Source: Mobula hypostoma (Eukaryota). Taken from it: DNA of 64,000 bases. Below the pieces are notes generated by a model. It was not told the origin of the DNA. It worked only from the letters and a program-made list of their open reading frames with translations, and did no database searches. Shown piece by piece: positions 52,570-64,000 of this stretch. Each line of letters starts with the position of its first letter. The stretch's first letter is position 1. Both the position numbers and the translations under genes were made by a program. The DNA lies in NCBI RefSeq assembly GCF_963921235.1, contig NC_086108.1, positions 39,372,001-39,436,000 on the forward strand. The letters run 5' to 3'.

Positions 52570-53094
52570 ATTGTAGCAAAGCAGTTAGCGCGGCGCTAAT
52601 AGAATCCAGGGCGTTCCGGAGTTGGATGTTCATTTCTGGTGCTGTTCTGTATGGAGTCTTTGTATGTTCTCCCTGTGGAAATCATGCGGTTTCTCCGGGT
52701 CTTCTGGTTTCCTCCCACAGTCCAAAGATGTACTGGGTAGGTTTACTGGTCATTGTAAAATTGTCCTGAGATTAGGTTAGGGTCAAAGACAAGAAAATCC
52801 GCAGATGCTGGAAATCCAAGTAACACACACAAAGTGTTGGAGGACGTCAACAGGCCAAGCAGCATCTATGGAATAGAGTAAACCTTCATCAGGTCCTGAT
52901 GCAGGGTCTTGGCCTGAAACATCAATTGTTTACTCTTTTGCATAGATACTGCTTGGCCTGCTGAGTTCCTCCAGAATGTTATGTGTGTTGTTTGGTTCGG
53001 GTTAATCGGGTTTGTCAGGGTTGCTGGGACGGCGTGGCTCAGAGAACTGCAAGAGCCTACTCCACACTATATCACTACATAAATAAATAAATAC
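52570..53094 (+). mobile_element. HE1/V-SINE-like SINE interrupted by a Penelope-tail palindrome
   Basis: ggtttcctcccacagtccaaaga core; tail cctactccacactatatc..aaataaataaata. Confidence 0.78.
52784..52993. mobile_element. Palindromic Penelope-tail derivative centred on a decayed hammerhead
   Basis: Arms caggccaagcagcatctatg/catagatactgcttggcctg; centre catcagg-t-cctgatg; imperfect TSD ggttagggt 52775-52783 / ggttcgggt 52994-53002. Confidence 0.8.
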
Positions 53095-54725
53095 CTGCTT
53101 CATGTCTTACAAACATATCAATAAAGTATAAACTACATGGATTAACTTGGTAATGAAACATGTATTCTTTGAAATGGAACAACACCTTCTTCCCCAGCAG
53201 ACTGTCAAGTGATACTATTTTCCAATTTTAATCTTCAAAATATCTCCCCTTATAGATATTTTTTTCATTGCAGACTCAATCCAATCTAAGTCCTTTTCTT
53301 TCAGAAAGATCTATATTAAGGTTAATGCATCCATGAAAATATATATGATCTGATGTAAGATCAACCTGAATCATTAACTCTATTTTTCTATCCTCGAATG
53401 CTACATGACCTACTGAATATTTCAGACTTCCAACATCTGCATCATTTTCTTTTTAGCATGTATTGTTGTGAATCTTTGGAGCAGCAGAATTAAGACTTTC
53501 TTGTCTATCAATCTCATATGGGTTATTTATGAACTAAAGCCAGGTTTTATTGCACAGAGTCAGTGACCAAATGTTTTCAAAAGGCCCATTCTGATTGTGC
53601 TGATAGGATGTTTGTTTAATTGTAAACAGACAAATAGTTATTGGATGGATACCATTATTTTTTTCAAAATTCTTCTCTTTTTGTCAAGGATTCTCACTTC
53701 CAAGATTTCTAGTTCTAGGTTCTTATCTTCACGCATACAGAGACTATTGTCTTCTTACTCATTAAGTCATGTGGGAACTAAGAAATGGACAGGCCCAAGA
53801 TCAAATAAATGTGTTCTCTCTTTTACCACATACGTCTCAACCTCCAAGGGAGTTCCATCTCTCACAGCCTCTAGCGTGGCCCTTCTATTCTAAAGTTCAC
53901 AGATGCCTTCTGAGTAGCTGTCAAAAACTTGCATATTCCAAAGATTCTTCAAAAGGGTCAGATCAGTTTTTTTCACTCACCTTGCCACAGGCATTGGGAA
54001 AAATGCACAACGCATATCCATATACTCTGCCAATGATTCAATGAGGCTTAACTATTCTGAGCCCCAGTTTTGACTGAGAATAGTCTCCAGAGCCGACAAA
54101 ATGATTACTCAGCCAAAAGAAACAGAATCTACAATTATCTAATACACAGTCATAGAGTCAATGAATACTAAAGCACAGAAACAGGCCCTCTGGCCCAGCA
54201 TTGTGCTGAACTGTTAGTCTCCCTAGTTTCATCGACCTGCACTTGGACTATAGTCCTCCATTCCCTTCCTACCCATTAAATATCCAAATTTCTTTAAACG
54301 TTCTTCATCTTCTGTAATTCATAAGTGGTCCTTGCTGTTTGCCTCAGATCTATAGACTCTGTGTCCATCTTCTGAGAAAGTACAGATGCAAATAAAAATC
54401 TAGTTCAGATCTCCCCCATCTCTTTTGGCTCCATGCATAGAAGACCACTCTGATTTTCAAGAGGACCAATTTTGTTCCTTACAATCCTTTTGCTCTTAAT
54501 ATATCTGCTTGATATAAATACCAAGAAACCCTTGGCACTTCCTCTTCATCTTATCTGCTAGAACAACCTCATGTTTTCTTTTAGTCCTCCGATTTCCCTC
54601 TTGTGTTCTCTTCAATTTCCTATACTGCTCGAGAGCCTCATTTGTTCTTGCTGCCTATACCTGCTATGCAATTCCTTCTTTGCCTTAACCACAACATTTC
54701 TTGAAAACCAGGGTACCCTAAACTT

Positions 54726-54761
54726 AGTCCTGACGAAGGGTCTCGGCCTGAAACGTCGACT
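54726..54761 (+). ncRNA. Minimal hammerhead ribozyme, intact
   Basis: agtc ctgacga agg gtctcgg cct gaaa cgtc gact; predicted cleavage after C54757. Confidence 0.88.
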
Positions 54762-54857
54762 GCACCTCTTCCTAGAGATGCTGCCTGGCCTGCTGCGTTC
54801 ACCAGCAACTTTTATGTGTGTTGCTTGAATTTCCAGCATCTGCAGAATTCCTGTTGT
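54726..54857 (+). mobile_element. 132-bp Penelope mini-insertion (hammerhead plus 3' tail) with 13-bp TSD
   Basis: TSD gtaccctaaactt at 54713-54725 and 54858-54870; near-identical to the reverse complement of ~44717-44847. Confidence 0.92.
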
Positions 54858-55259
54858 GTACCCTAAACTTCTTAGCCACCCTAACAGGTTTATTTGATTT
54901 AATTTGATGGAAGCAACATATTTTGATGTACATGTGACAAATAAATTTAACCTTTAATTATACAAAACCCCTCAAAAATAGGAAACATGAAGGAGGCACA
55001 GACATGACAGACTGCCAAACGTCAATTTTTTTTGATTCTATAAAATCTAATCCATTTTGGAAAGGGAAGCAAAGCAAGAGAGTATGCAATAAGTAACAGG
55101 ATACTAAGAGCACAGAGGAATAAAAGAATCTTGGAAGTGAAAAGGAAACACAGTCAAAAATATAAATAGCAATTGCTAAGTGTTTTTCAATTAATAGGTC
55201 TGAAAGTTTAGCTCTGCATATCTCTCCGCAATCACTGTATGAGCTGGTGAATATTTCCA

Positions 55260-55830
55260 AAAGCCTTGTGGTTATGAAGGGATATTGGAATACTTCCCTT
55301 TATTAGCCAATGCATATAACAGAGAGATCACTTTGAGTAAACTTAAAAGGATGTGCCTGCTCTGAGGAGATTTGGAGGAAATTTCTGAGGATGTTGCATG
55401 GGCTGAAGAATTATAGTTGCTAGGAGAAACTGAACAACATGAGCTGCCCTTTGGACCAGAGAGGAGATTTAATGAAGTGCATTAGATAATGAGAGACCCA
55501 GACTTAACAAACTGTATGAAGCAATTTCCCAGCAGAATGAACAGCAAGAAGGAGCTACAGATTTAAGGTGAAGAATTAGAAGGGAGTTAAAGGAAACATA
55601 TTTTCAATCCAGTAATGGGGAAGGGAGGTGGGTTCTAGAATAATGTCTGGAAGATGGATGCAGATATCTTGAACCTGAACCAGCACTTGAGAAATCAAAT
55701 TCCACAGGGGTGTGGATCCAGGTCTGGTGAGTGGAAGAAATCTATCTGCTCGCTTTCATCTATCTTGAACAGTGAACCAAGTGGCCTCTTTCTGTGCCTT
55801 GAAATCTCTTTGTATCTTTAATTCTATGAT
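55260..55830 (+). mobile_element. Highly decayed CR1 3' portion
   Basis: aggatgttgcatgggctg..gaggagatttaatgaagtgc..ggcctctttctgtgcc..ttctatgat. Confidence 0.55.
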
Positions 55831-56124
55831 CACTTCAAGCTTTCCAAGCAGGTTTTTTAATCTTTCATGTCATAGTGTACTCGTTATAGAAATAAAACTT
55901 ATAATAACCTTAGTAGAATATGGTGCGTGTTTGGCTTTATTCTCAACACTGAGATTGAATGGGTTCTAAGCTATTTTTATCCTATTGCACTAACCTCCCA
56001 AACACTACCCATTGGTTTCCTTAGGTGCTTAAGCACCTGCATGAGTTCCATATCTGGTATTTTATTCATCATTCACTTACCTCTTAAAAAACAGAACAGC
56101 CATCAATAGAGCTATCTACTGTTC

Positions 56125-57005
56125 TGAATCAGAATCAGTTTATCATCACTGACACACTATGTCGAGAAACTTGTTGTTTTGCAGCAGCAGTACAGTGCAA
56201 TACATTAAAAAGTTAGTATACGAGGGGTGATTGATAAGTTCGTGGCCTACGGTAGAAGGAGTCAATTTTAGAAAACCTAGCACATTTATTTTTCAACATA
56301 GTCCCCTCCTGCATTTACACACTTAGTCCAGCGGTCGTGGAGCATACGGATCTTGGACCTCCAGAAAGTGTCCACAGCAGGGGTGATTGGTAAGTTTGTG
56401 GCCTAAGGTAGAAGGAGATGAGTTATTAACTTCAAACTTTCTGCATAATCACTCAAAGTGTTGACCTGCATGTGCATGTAACGAGAGCTGTATAACTCAT
56501 CTCCTTCTAACTTAGGCCACGAACTTATCAATCACCCCTGCTGTGGACACTTTCTGGAGGTCCAAGATCCGTATGCTCCACGACCGCTGGACTAAGTGTG
56601 TAAATGTAGAAGGGGACTATGTTGAAAAATAAATGTGCTAGGCTTTCTAAAATTGACTCCTTCCACCTTCGGCCTCAAACTTATCAATCACCCCTCGTAA
56701 GTTACAAAAAAAATTAAAAATGCAAAAAGAGAGCAAAGTAATCAGGTAGTATTCTTAAGTTCATGGACTGTTCATAAATCTGATGGCAGAGGGGAAGAAG
56801 CTATCCCCAAAATATTGACTGTATGTCTTCAGACACCTGTACCTCCTCCCTGATGGTTGTGATGAGAACGGGGCATGTCCTGGGTGGTAAGGTCCTTCAT
56901 GATGGATACCACCTTACTGAGGCACTGCCTTTTGGAGATGTCCTAGTGGTGGGAGGCATTTGCCCATGATGGAGCTGTCTGAGTCTGCAAACCTCTACGG
57001 CTTTT
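56125..57005 (-). mobile_element. Rex1/Babar-like 3' end split by a mariner MITE
   Basis: gaatcagaatcag tail; continues after the MITE with ctgatggcagaggggaagaagct..cctcctccctgatgg. Confidence 0.72.
56221..56697. mobile_element. Tc1/mariner-type MITE with ~200-bp inverted arms and TA TSD
   Basis: ta|cgaggggtgattgataagtt ... aacttatcaatcacccctcg|ta; arms nearly perfectly complementary. Confidence 0.92.
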
Positions 57006-57764
57006 TTCAATATAGCTTTCACATTTTGAAAAGCACAGCCTTAGCTCTGCAAATTTAGCAGGTCTGTTCTGAATGTCTACAGATATAAAGCACATTTCTT
57101 TATGGAGTTGCAACTCCAATTTTATCAACTACAAAAAGACTACTTTGGTGATGCAAAATAGTTTTGAACCAAAAAATGTGTTCAGACTTTGATAGTTGGT
57201 ATCACAGTTACTGACATTTCTGACATTTATTAAGTGAAGTGCTGGCAATTGCATAATGGAACTTCAACTACTAAATATAGTTCTTGGACACTAATTTAGT
57301 ACTCAATAAAAGCTCCATTTAAGCAATACTTTCTCTACATAACATAGAGAATCATTTGAACTGTTCCTTCCAATGGTGTTGACTGCCTCCCTGTCCTTGA
57401 TGAGTTTGCTCCTAGCCTTGCTTCTCAGTGGAGTAGATCCAAAGGTACAGTAATTGGGCCGTCAGTGTAATCTGCAGAAGTCAAGGTTAACAGCAAGTTG
57501 TTGCACCTAACTTGCTTTTTTCCACCCATCATCTGTTCTTCACAATAAAGATTATTTTGTTCTACCTTTAATTTCATTGGACTGTAAAGCTGATCCTGCT
57601 CAGGCCAAGGCATACTGCTATCTATTAAAATGGCACAGACAGTGGTAAAGTAAAGAAAACCTTGAGAGCACTGAGAACTGGTTAAGTATTGCTCTAAATT
57701 TGTCAATTTTCAAAATTGTCGAATGCAATTCTTTCTGAAATTCCCTACCATTCTGAGATTATTT

Positions 57765-58025
57765 ATTTATTTATTTACGTACTTACTTTTAGCTTCCAGA
57801 GATACAGCATGGTAATAGACCCTTCCAACACAACTAGCATGCACTGCTCAATGACACTCGCCCAATTAACCCATATGTTTTCGGAAAATGGGAGGACATT
57901 GGAATACCCTGAGGAAATGCATGAGGTCATGGTGAAACCATACAAACTTCTTGTAGACAGCAGCAGAATCAAACCTGGATTGCTAGCACTGTATGAGTAC
58001 TATGCTAACAGCTATGCTACCATGC
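57765..58025 (-). mobile_element. Decayed SINE (HE1-like), followed by a CR1 tail (58030-58170)
   Basis: tttatttatttattt tail, gggaggacattggaataccctgaggaaa core, gctaacagcta head. Confidence 0.65.
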
Positions 58026-59499
58026 TTTTACACAGAACATAGAACATATAATAGTACAGCACAGTACAGGCCCTTCAGCCCACAATGTTGTGCCGACCCT
58101 CAAACCCTGCCTCCCATATAACCTGCCACCTTAAATTCCTCCATATACCTGTCCAATAGTCTCTTAAATTTTATTGAGTGATAACTTATTCTTCAGAAAC
58201 TATATACAGTGTATAAAGATCCATATTTAAAAAACAAGTAAACAATTGAAACAATTCAAATTTCCGATGAGCTAAGGCACATAGAGATGAAAGTAATTAA
58301 TAAAATAAACTTAAATGAAAAAATTGTTTAAAATGGTAATTAACTTTATCCATTGCTTTTGGCTGCACACTTCAATACCCACTGAATTCAGTGGCTGGAG
58401 TATGGGTTTTTGGAGTAGGGAGAATGCAGATCTTGGGGTTCTAACCTGATAAGTGATCTTAGAGACAATTTCCAAAGGTTAAAAACTGGGGAGCTCCTGC
58501 AGTGAAGTAACAGAACAAATTGTTAATTGAACATTCCAAGTTGGCATGGAATTTCAGGATTTCTGCTTTCAAAATCCAATGTGTAAAACATCATTATTTA
58601 TTCCCATTTAAACAGGTAGATGCAGGTGGTCCTCAAGATGGGGACCAACATCTCTTCTGAAAGTTCTAGCCTTTGAAAGTTCTTGAAATTGTACCAGCCT
58701 TTCAACCATGGGACGCCTGTAGTGATTGAAGGTTTTGAGTGTTATTGCAGAAAATAACAATATTTATAGTGTCTGATGGAAGCCAAGGGGTCTGAGAGTA
58801 AGCGTTTTAGGCCCAGCATTAATTAGTGAGGAGTATGAAATAACTCCACCACTAATTGTAGGCCTCTGTGATTCCTGGAATGTGATGGAAATGTTGTGAC
58901 TGATCCCAGACTTTATTATTACTTCACATGCTTTTTAATCTTTTTCTCTTGTTGAAACTTTATTTTGAAAGGAAAAGTTTCAGATGTTGGTGGGAAAAAT
59001 AATGGATCACGATTAGTGTTTTGCCAAGTGGAGAGGCAGAAACAGCTGTTCTTTAAAATATTTTTAAAAATCAGATACAGTGGATTCCAGTTAATTGGGC
59101 CATTGGTTAATTGGGACAGCTGCTTATTTGGGACAACTCTTAAAGAACAAAAAACAATCGAGAAAATAGTCAAGATTCACTTCCGTTATTTGGGAAACTA
59201 TGCCACTTAATTGAAAAAGAGAGATATCTACAATAAATATAGGCAGCATGGAGTAAATGAGGTGCTCGAGGAATATAAAGAATGTAAAAAGAATCTTAAG
59301 AAAGAAATTAGAAAAGCTAAAAGAAGATACAAGGTCGCTTTGGCAAGTAAGGTGAAAATAAATCCAAAGGTTTTCTACAGCAAAAGGATAGTGAGGGATA
59401 AAATTGGTCCCTTAGAGAATCAGAATGGACAGCTATGTGTGGCGCCAAAAGAGATGAGGGAGATTTTAAATGATTTATTTTCTTCGGTGTTCACTAAGG

Positions 59500-60711
59500 C
59501 AGGGGTCCCCAACCTTTTTTGCATTGTGGACCGGTTTCATATTGACAATATTCTTGCGGACCGGCCGACCCGGGGGCGGGGGTGGGGTGCGGGGTAGGGT
59601 TGCCAACGGACAAGAGTAGCAGTCAAATACGTTGTTTACCCTGAGAAAGACTACAATGACCATGAAGCCTTGCGCGGGCACCAGTGCGCATGCGTGTACG
59701 TGCCGATCTTCAAATCATTTCTGGCAATTCTGTTCGGCGGGTGGGGGGGGGTAATCACGACCGGAATATAGGTGATATGTGGCTAATACACTCAATTTTG
59801 TTTCTAAAAGGGTTTATCTGATGAATTTAATATTAAACACACACCGCATATTTTCCTCGCATGAATATAGTGATAAGTCAATTATCAGGGGAGGACAGGG
59901 GAGCTTGAAGTAAGTGTTGAATGAGCTTCCAGTAGAAGTGGTAGAGGCAGGTTTGATATTATCATTTAAATAAAAATTGGATAGGCATATGCACAGGAAA
60001 GGAATGGAGGGTTATGGGCTGAGTGCAGGTCGGTGGGACTACGTGAGAGTAGCATTTGGCATGGACTAGAAGGGCAGAGATGGCCTGTTTCCGCGCTGTA
60101 ATTGTTATATAGTTATATAGGTCACTTACAAGTCAATAGCATCATAACATTTTAAGTAACATTTGGATATTAAACACACAGCACATATTTTCCCCGTATG
60201 AACATATAAAATCATTGCAGCACACCAATATCGCTGAATCAGTGGGAGCCCTGGGCTTGTTTCCCTGCAACAAGACGGTCTTATCAAGGGGTGATGGGAG
60301 ACGGCGATACTCGAAGGGGGTTCCTTATATCCAGTCTATTCCGCAATTTAGTTTTCATTGTATTCATTGCAGAGATACATTGGAAATGGAAGTAACATTT
60401 TCAGTGCATTTGTGGCTATCTCAGGATATTTAACCTTGACTTTGATCCAGAATGCTGGCAGATATGTTATGTCAAACATACTTTTCAGCCTGCTGTCATT
60501 CGCAAGCTCGAGGAGTTGATCTCCTTCCCACGCTGACGTGGATGACGTGTGGGTTGACCTCGCATGCGTAATGGCTCAATAGTGGGCGTGACAGGGAATG
60601 AGGAAAGGTGCAGCTGACTCCTATCGCCAAATCATATCGTTTCCTCGCGGCCCGGTAGCACATGCTTTGCGGCCCGGCACCGGTCTGCAGCCCGGTGGTT
60701 GGGGTCCGCTG
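59500..60711 (-). mobile_element. hAT (Charlie/Buster-type) deletion derivative with 8-bp TSD
   Basis: TSD cactaagg at 59492-59499 and 60712-60719; TIRs caggggtccccaacc / ggttggggtccgctg; minus-strand transposase C-terminus ~60490-60239: FWIKVKVKYPEIATNALKMLLPFP..KTKLRNRLD..KQAQGSH*. Confidence 0.92.
59905..60120 (+). mobile_element. CR1 3' end inside the hAT element
   Basis: Closely similar to 62180-62376; ends gttatatagttatatag. Confidence 0.85.
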
Positions 60712-63700
60712 CACTAAGGAGAAGGATATTGAATTGTGTAAGGTAAGGGAAACAGATAGGGAAGTTATGGAAACTATGATGATTAAAGAGCAAGTACTGG
60801 CGCTTTTAAGGAATATAAAAGTGGATAAATCTCCGGGTCCTGACAGGATATTCCCTAGGACCTTGAGGGAAGTTAGTGTGGAAATAGCAGGGGCTCTGAC
60901 AGAAATATTTCAAATGTCATTAGAAACGGGGATGGTGCCGGAGGATTGGCGTATTGCTCATGTTGTTCCATTGTTTAAAAAGGGTTCTAAGAGTAAACCT
61001 AGCAATTATCGGCCTGTGAGTTTGATGTCAGTGGTGGGTAAATTGATGGAAAGTATTCTTAGAGAGGGTATGTATAAGTATCTGGATAGACAGGCCCTGA
61101 TTAGGAACAGTCAACATGGATTTGTGCATGGAAAGTCATGTTTGACAAATCTTATTGAATTTTTTGAAGAGGTTACTAGGAAAGTTGACAAAGGTAAAGC
61201 GGTGGATGTTGTCTATATGGACTTCAGTAAGGCCTTTGACAAGGTTCCACACGAAAGCTTAGTTAGGGAGGTCCAATCTTTAAGTATTAATATTGAAGCA
61301 GTAAAATGGATTCAGCAGTGTCTGGATGCGAGACGCGAGAGAGTAGTGGTGGATAACTGTTTGACAGGTTGGAGGCCGGTGACTAGTGGTGTGCCTCAGG
61401 GATCTGTACTGGGTTCAAAGTTGTTTGTCATATACATAATGATTTGGATGATGGGGTGGTAAATTGGATGAGTAATATGCAGATGATACTAAGTTAGGTG
61501 GAGTTGTGGATAATGAAGTAGGTTTTCAAAGCTTGCAGAGAGATTTAGGCCAGTTAGAAGAGTGGGCTGAAAGATGGCAGATGGAGTTTAATGCTGATAA
61601 ATGTGAGTTGCTTCATTTTGGTAGGACTAATCAAAATAGGACATACATGGTAAATGGTAGGGCATTGAAGAATGCAGTAGAACAGAGGGATCTAGGAATA
61701 ATGGTGCTTAGTTCCTTGAAGTTGGAATCTCACGTGGATAGGGTGATGAACAAAGCTTTTGGTATGCTGACCTTTATAAATCAGAGCATTGAGTATAGGA
61801 GTTGGGATGTAATGTTAAAATTGTACAAGGCATTGGTAAGGCCAAATTTGGAGTATTGTGTACAGTTCTGGTCACTGAATTATAGGAAATATGTCAACAA
61901 AATAGAGAGAGTGCAGAGAAGATTCACTAGAATGTTACCTGGGTTTCATCACCTAAGTTACAGAGAAAGATTGAACAAGTTGGGTCTTTATTCTTTGGAG
62001 CGTAGAAAGTTGAGGGGGGACTTGATAGAGGTATTTAAAATTATGAGGGGGATAGAGAGAGTTGACGTGGATAGGCTTTTTCCATTGAGAGTAGGGGAGA
62101 TTCAACAAGAGGACATGAGTTGAGTGTTTAAGGGCAAAAGTTTAGGGGGAACTTCTTTACTTAGAGAGTGGTGGCTGTGTGGAACGAGCTTCCAGCAGAA
62201 GTGGTTGAGGCAGGTTCGATATTGTCATTTAAAGTTAAATTGGATAGCTATATGGACAGGAAAGGAATGGAAGGTTATGGGCTGAGTGCAGGTCAGTGGG
62301 TCTAGGTGAGAGTAAGCGTTCAGCACGGACTAGAAGGGCCGAGATGGCCTGTTTCTGTGCTGTAATTGTTATATAGTTAATTGGGGCAGGAGTCTTGTTA
62401 AACAGTTTCTATCTAGTGTCAGTCATGTGCACTTGTGTGGCATTAGACACTACACTGTGCTTAGAGCAATCAGTTTTTAAATAGCATCAGTTGTTTGTGT
62501 TTATGTTCAAAAAGCTGTGACTTTTGTCACTGGTAGTTGTCGAGAAATAAGCAGTAAGACAATTCAGAACTGATTTGCTCACTGCGGTTTTAAGCATTCA
62601 AACTTCAAGATGCCAGACATGGCTGGGAGTGAAAATAAAACAATTCCAATACTTCAACATGTTAGGAACTACAAAGAATTTGTTGATATCGACAATCATC
62701 TTGAATATTACAATGAAACTGCAGAATGGTAAGATAAAATTTTCGAAAGCATGCTATGAAGACTGTCCATTATCTGCACTGATTTGTTCAATCAAAAAAA
62801 CCTGGCAGTGTACACTGAATGAATTAGTTCGTCGATAACTTAAGGAACTAGTACACAGTATTATAGTACTGTAGTTGTATTGGTAATGTTCTACTTTGTT
62901 CTGTATTTCAGTTAAATACATAATTTGTCACCTTTAAATGGTAGTATGTCTTTTTATACCTTTTTAACTATTTCGATGAAACTTCGGCTAATTGGGGCAG
63001 CTGCTTAATTGGGCCAAAATGTATTGGTCACGATGTGTCCCAATTAACCAGGATGCACTTTACTGAACGTAATATATACTCAGAATTCATTGGCTAAAGG
63101 AAACAGAAGGTACTTTGATATCTGGGACATGTCTGTCTCCAGTATTTATCAGAAATATTGTTTACTGTGACAAAGGGATCTCTTAAAAACATGTTGAATG
63201 TTGTTATGGAACTATATTTCTGTCCACTTTAATTGAATTAGTAATTTATGTCTTATGCAGAATAAAAAGCACTTGATAGCTCATTTAAACAATTTGAAGT
63301 GAGATCTGGGGCCCTGTCACACTCAGTGAACAACATTGTCATTGATTCCATTGTCTTTGCCAAATTTGTAGATGAAATATGTGTTTCCTTTTGTTCTTTA
63401 AATGTGTTGTATACCACCCATCTGAAAACAAAGGAGCCGCTATTTCATCAGAACAGTCTGTTTTACAGAGCAGCTTATCCGTCTGGTGCCTGCAGATTAT
63501 CATTTTCCCCTTGAGATATGAAGGAACTTGCAATCCAAGAATGCTTTGTGTTTATGGAAAATGAGCTCCAGGATCTCCGGTTCACATTGAAGTCGTTCTA
63601 GTGTCTTCTGGTGAAGAAACCAAGAGCCTCTTCACAGCTGCTCCTTCTGGCAAAGTTTCAAGGCAGTCCAGCCACAACGGGGTCCTCAGGTTAGTTGTGA

Positions 63701-64000
63701 GCGAAGTCTGAAAAGAGCTTTCTTGTGGGGTCCTGAAACCTTAAACATCATTTGGCTGGTGCAGAAGTTTCAGTTTCCAACCAGAATGTTTGGACCAAGC
63801 TGTCTGAGGTGACAGTGCATGAAGAATGCTTTAGTAATGATTAATTTCTTTTATAGTATGGTACGTTCTTTTCTGTGCTGTCACAGTCAAGGACATCCCT
63901 CTGAAAGTAAAGATCGGAGGACTTATCATGGATGGAGAGACAGTTAGTACCCATTTTGAGGAATTCATCAGCTAAAAGACTATCTTTAAGGTGAGTGCCC

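Larger units (their letters stand above)
54148..54880 (-). mobile_element. CR1 fragments (3' tail and internal piece)
   Basis: agtcatagagtca..cacagaaacaggccct tail; ttttcaagaggaccaatttt..ccttttgctctt is the reverse complement of SKRIVRDKIGPLE-type coding sequence. Confidence 0.7.
59214..62376 (+). mobile_element. 5'-truncated CR1 LINE with 7-bp TSD, split by a hAT insertion
   Basis: TSD ttaattg at 59207-59213 and 62377-62383; the reading FSSVFTK|EKDIELC resumes after the hAT; RT motifs in ORFs 60662-61462 and 61506-62123. Confidence 0.92.
59078..63060. mobile_element. Pogo/Tigger-like non-autonomous DNA transposon split by a CR1 insertion
   Basis: ta|cagtggattccagttaattggg ... cccaattaaccaggatgcactt|ta; internal repeats taattggg(a/g)cagctgctta. 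Confidence 0.8.

Noticed and set aside
53340..53445. Additional hammerhead-like motif ctgatgtaagatcaacctgaatc
   Set aside because: Decayed Penelope-like tail with a broken core; not a credible ribozyme.
60662..61462. 266-aa ORF as a novel fusion gene
   Set aside because: The N-terminus is read through the hAT TIR into an interrupted CR1 RT; it is an insertion artefact.
1..64000. Prokaryotic systems (CRISPR array, retron, DGR, operons) suggested by the many RT ORFs and repeats
   Set aside because: All RTs are eukaryotic retrotransposon types; there is no repeat-spacer array or gene-dense organisation.

Overview
Eukaryotic, repeat-dominated non-coding DNA (intergenic or intronic), most likely from a cartilaginous fish; this is inferred from the CR1, HE1-like SINE and Penelope families present. 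I could not confidently identify any host protein-coding gene, and nearly all ORFs in the track are transposon fragments or their antisense shadows. Non-LTR retroelements: a long decayed RLE-type element (HERO-like, ~200-3800), an RNase H-bearing I/Nimb-like LINE, many CR1 and Rex1/Babar-like fragments, an L1 3' end, an RTE-type LINE and tRNA-derived SINEs. Also present: two internally deleted Gypsy LTR elements, a mariner MITE, a four-level pogo>CR1>hAT>CR1 nest, and a young near-intact Penelope element (44714-49409, 14-bp TSD) with minimal hammerhead ribozymes plus several short derivatives. The most striking unexplained signal is in the HERO-like 3' UTR (3656-3774). All hammerhead core motifs (GUC, GAAA, CUGAUGA) occur there with complementary stem I/II/III strands, but in a pseudoknotted order matching none of types I-III, enclosed by further helices. 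All pairings were found by eye and family names were not database-checked; boundaries of old elements are approximate.
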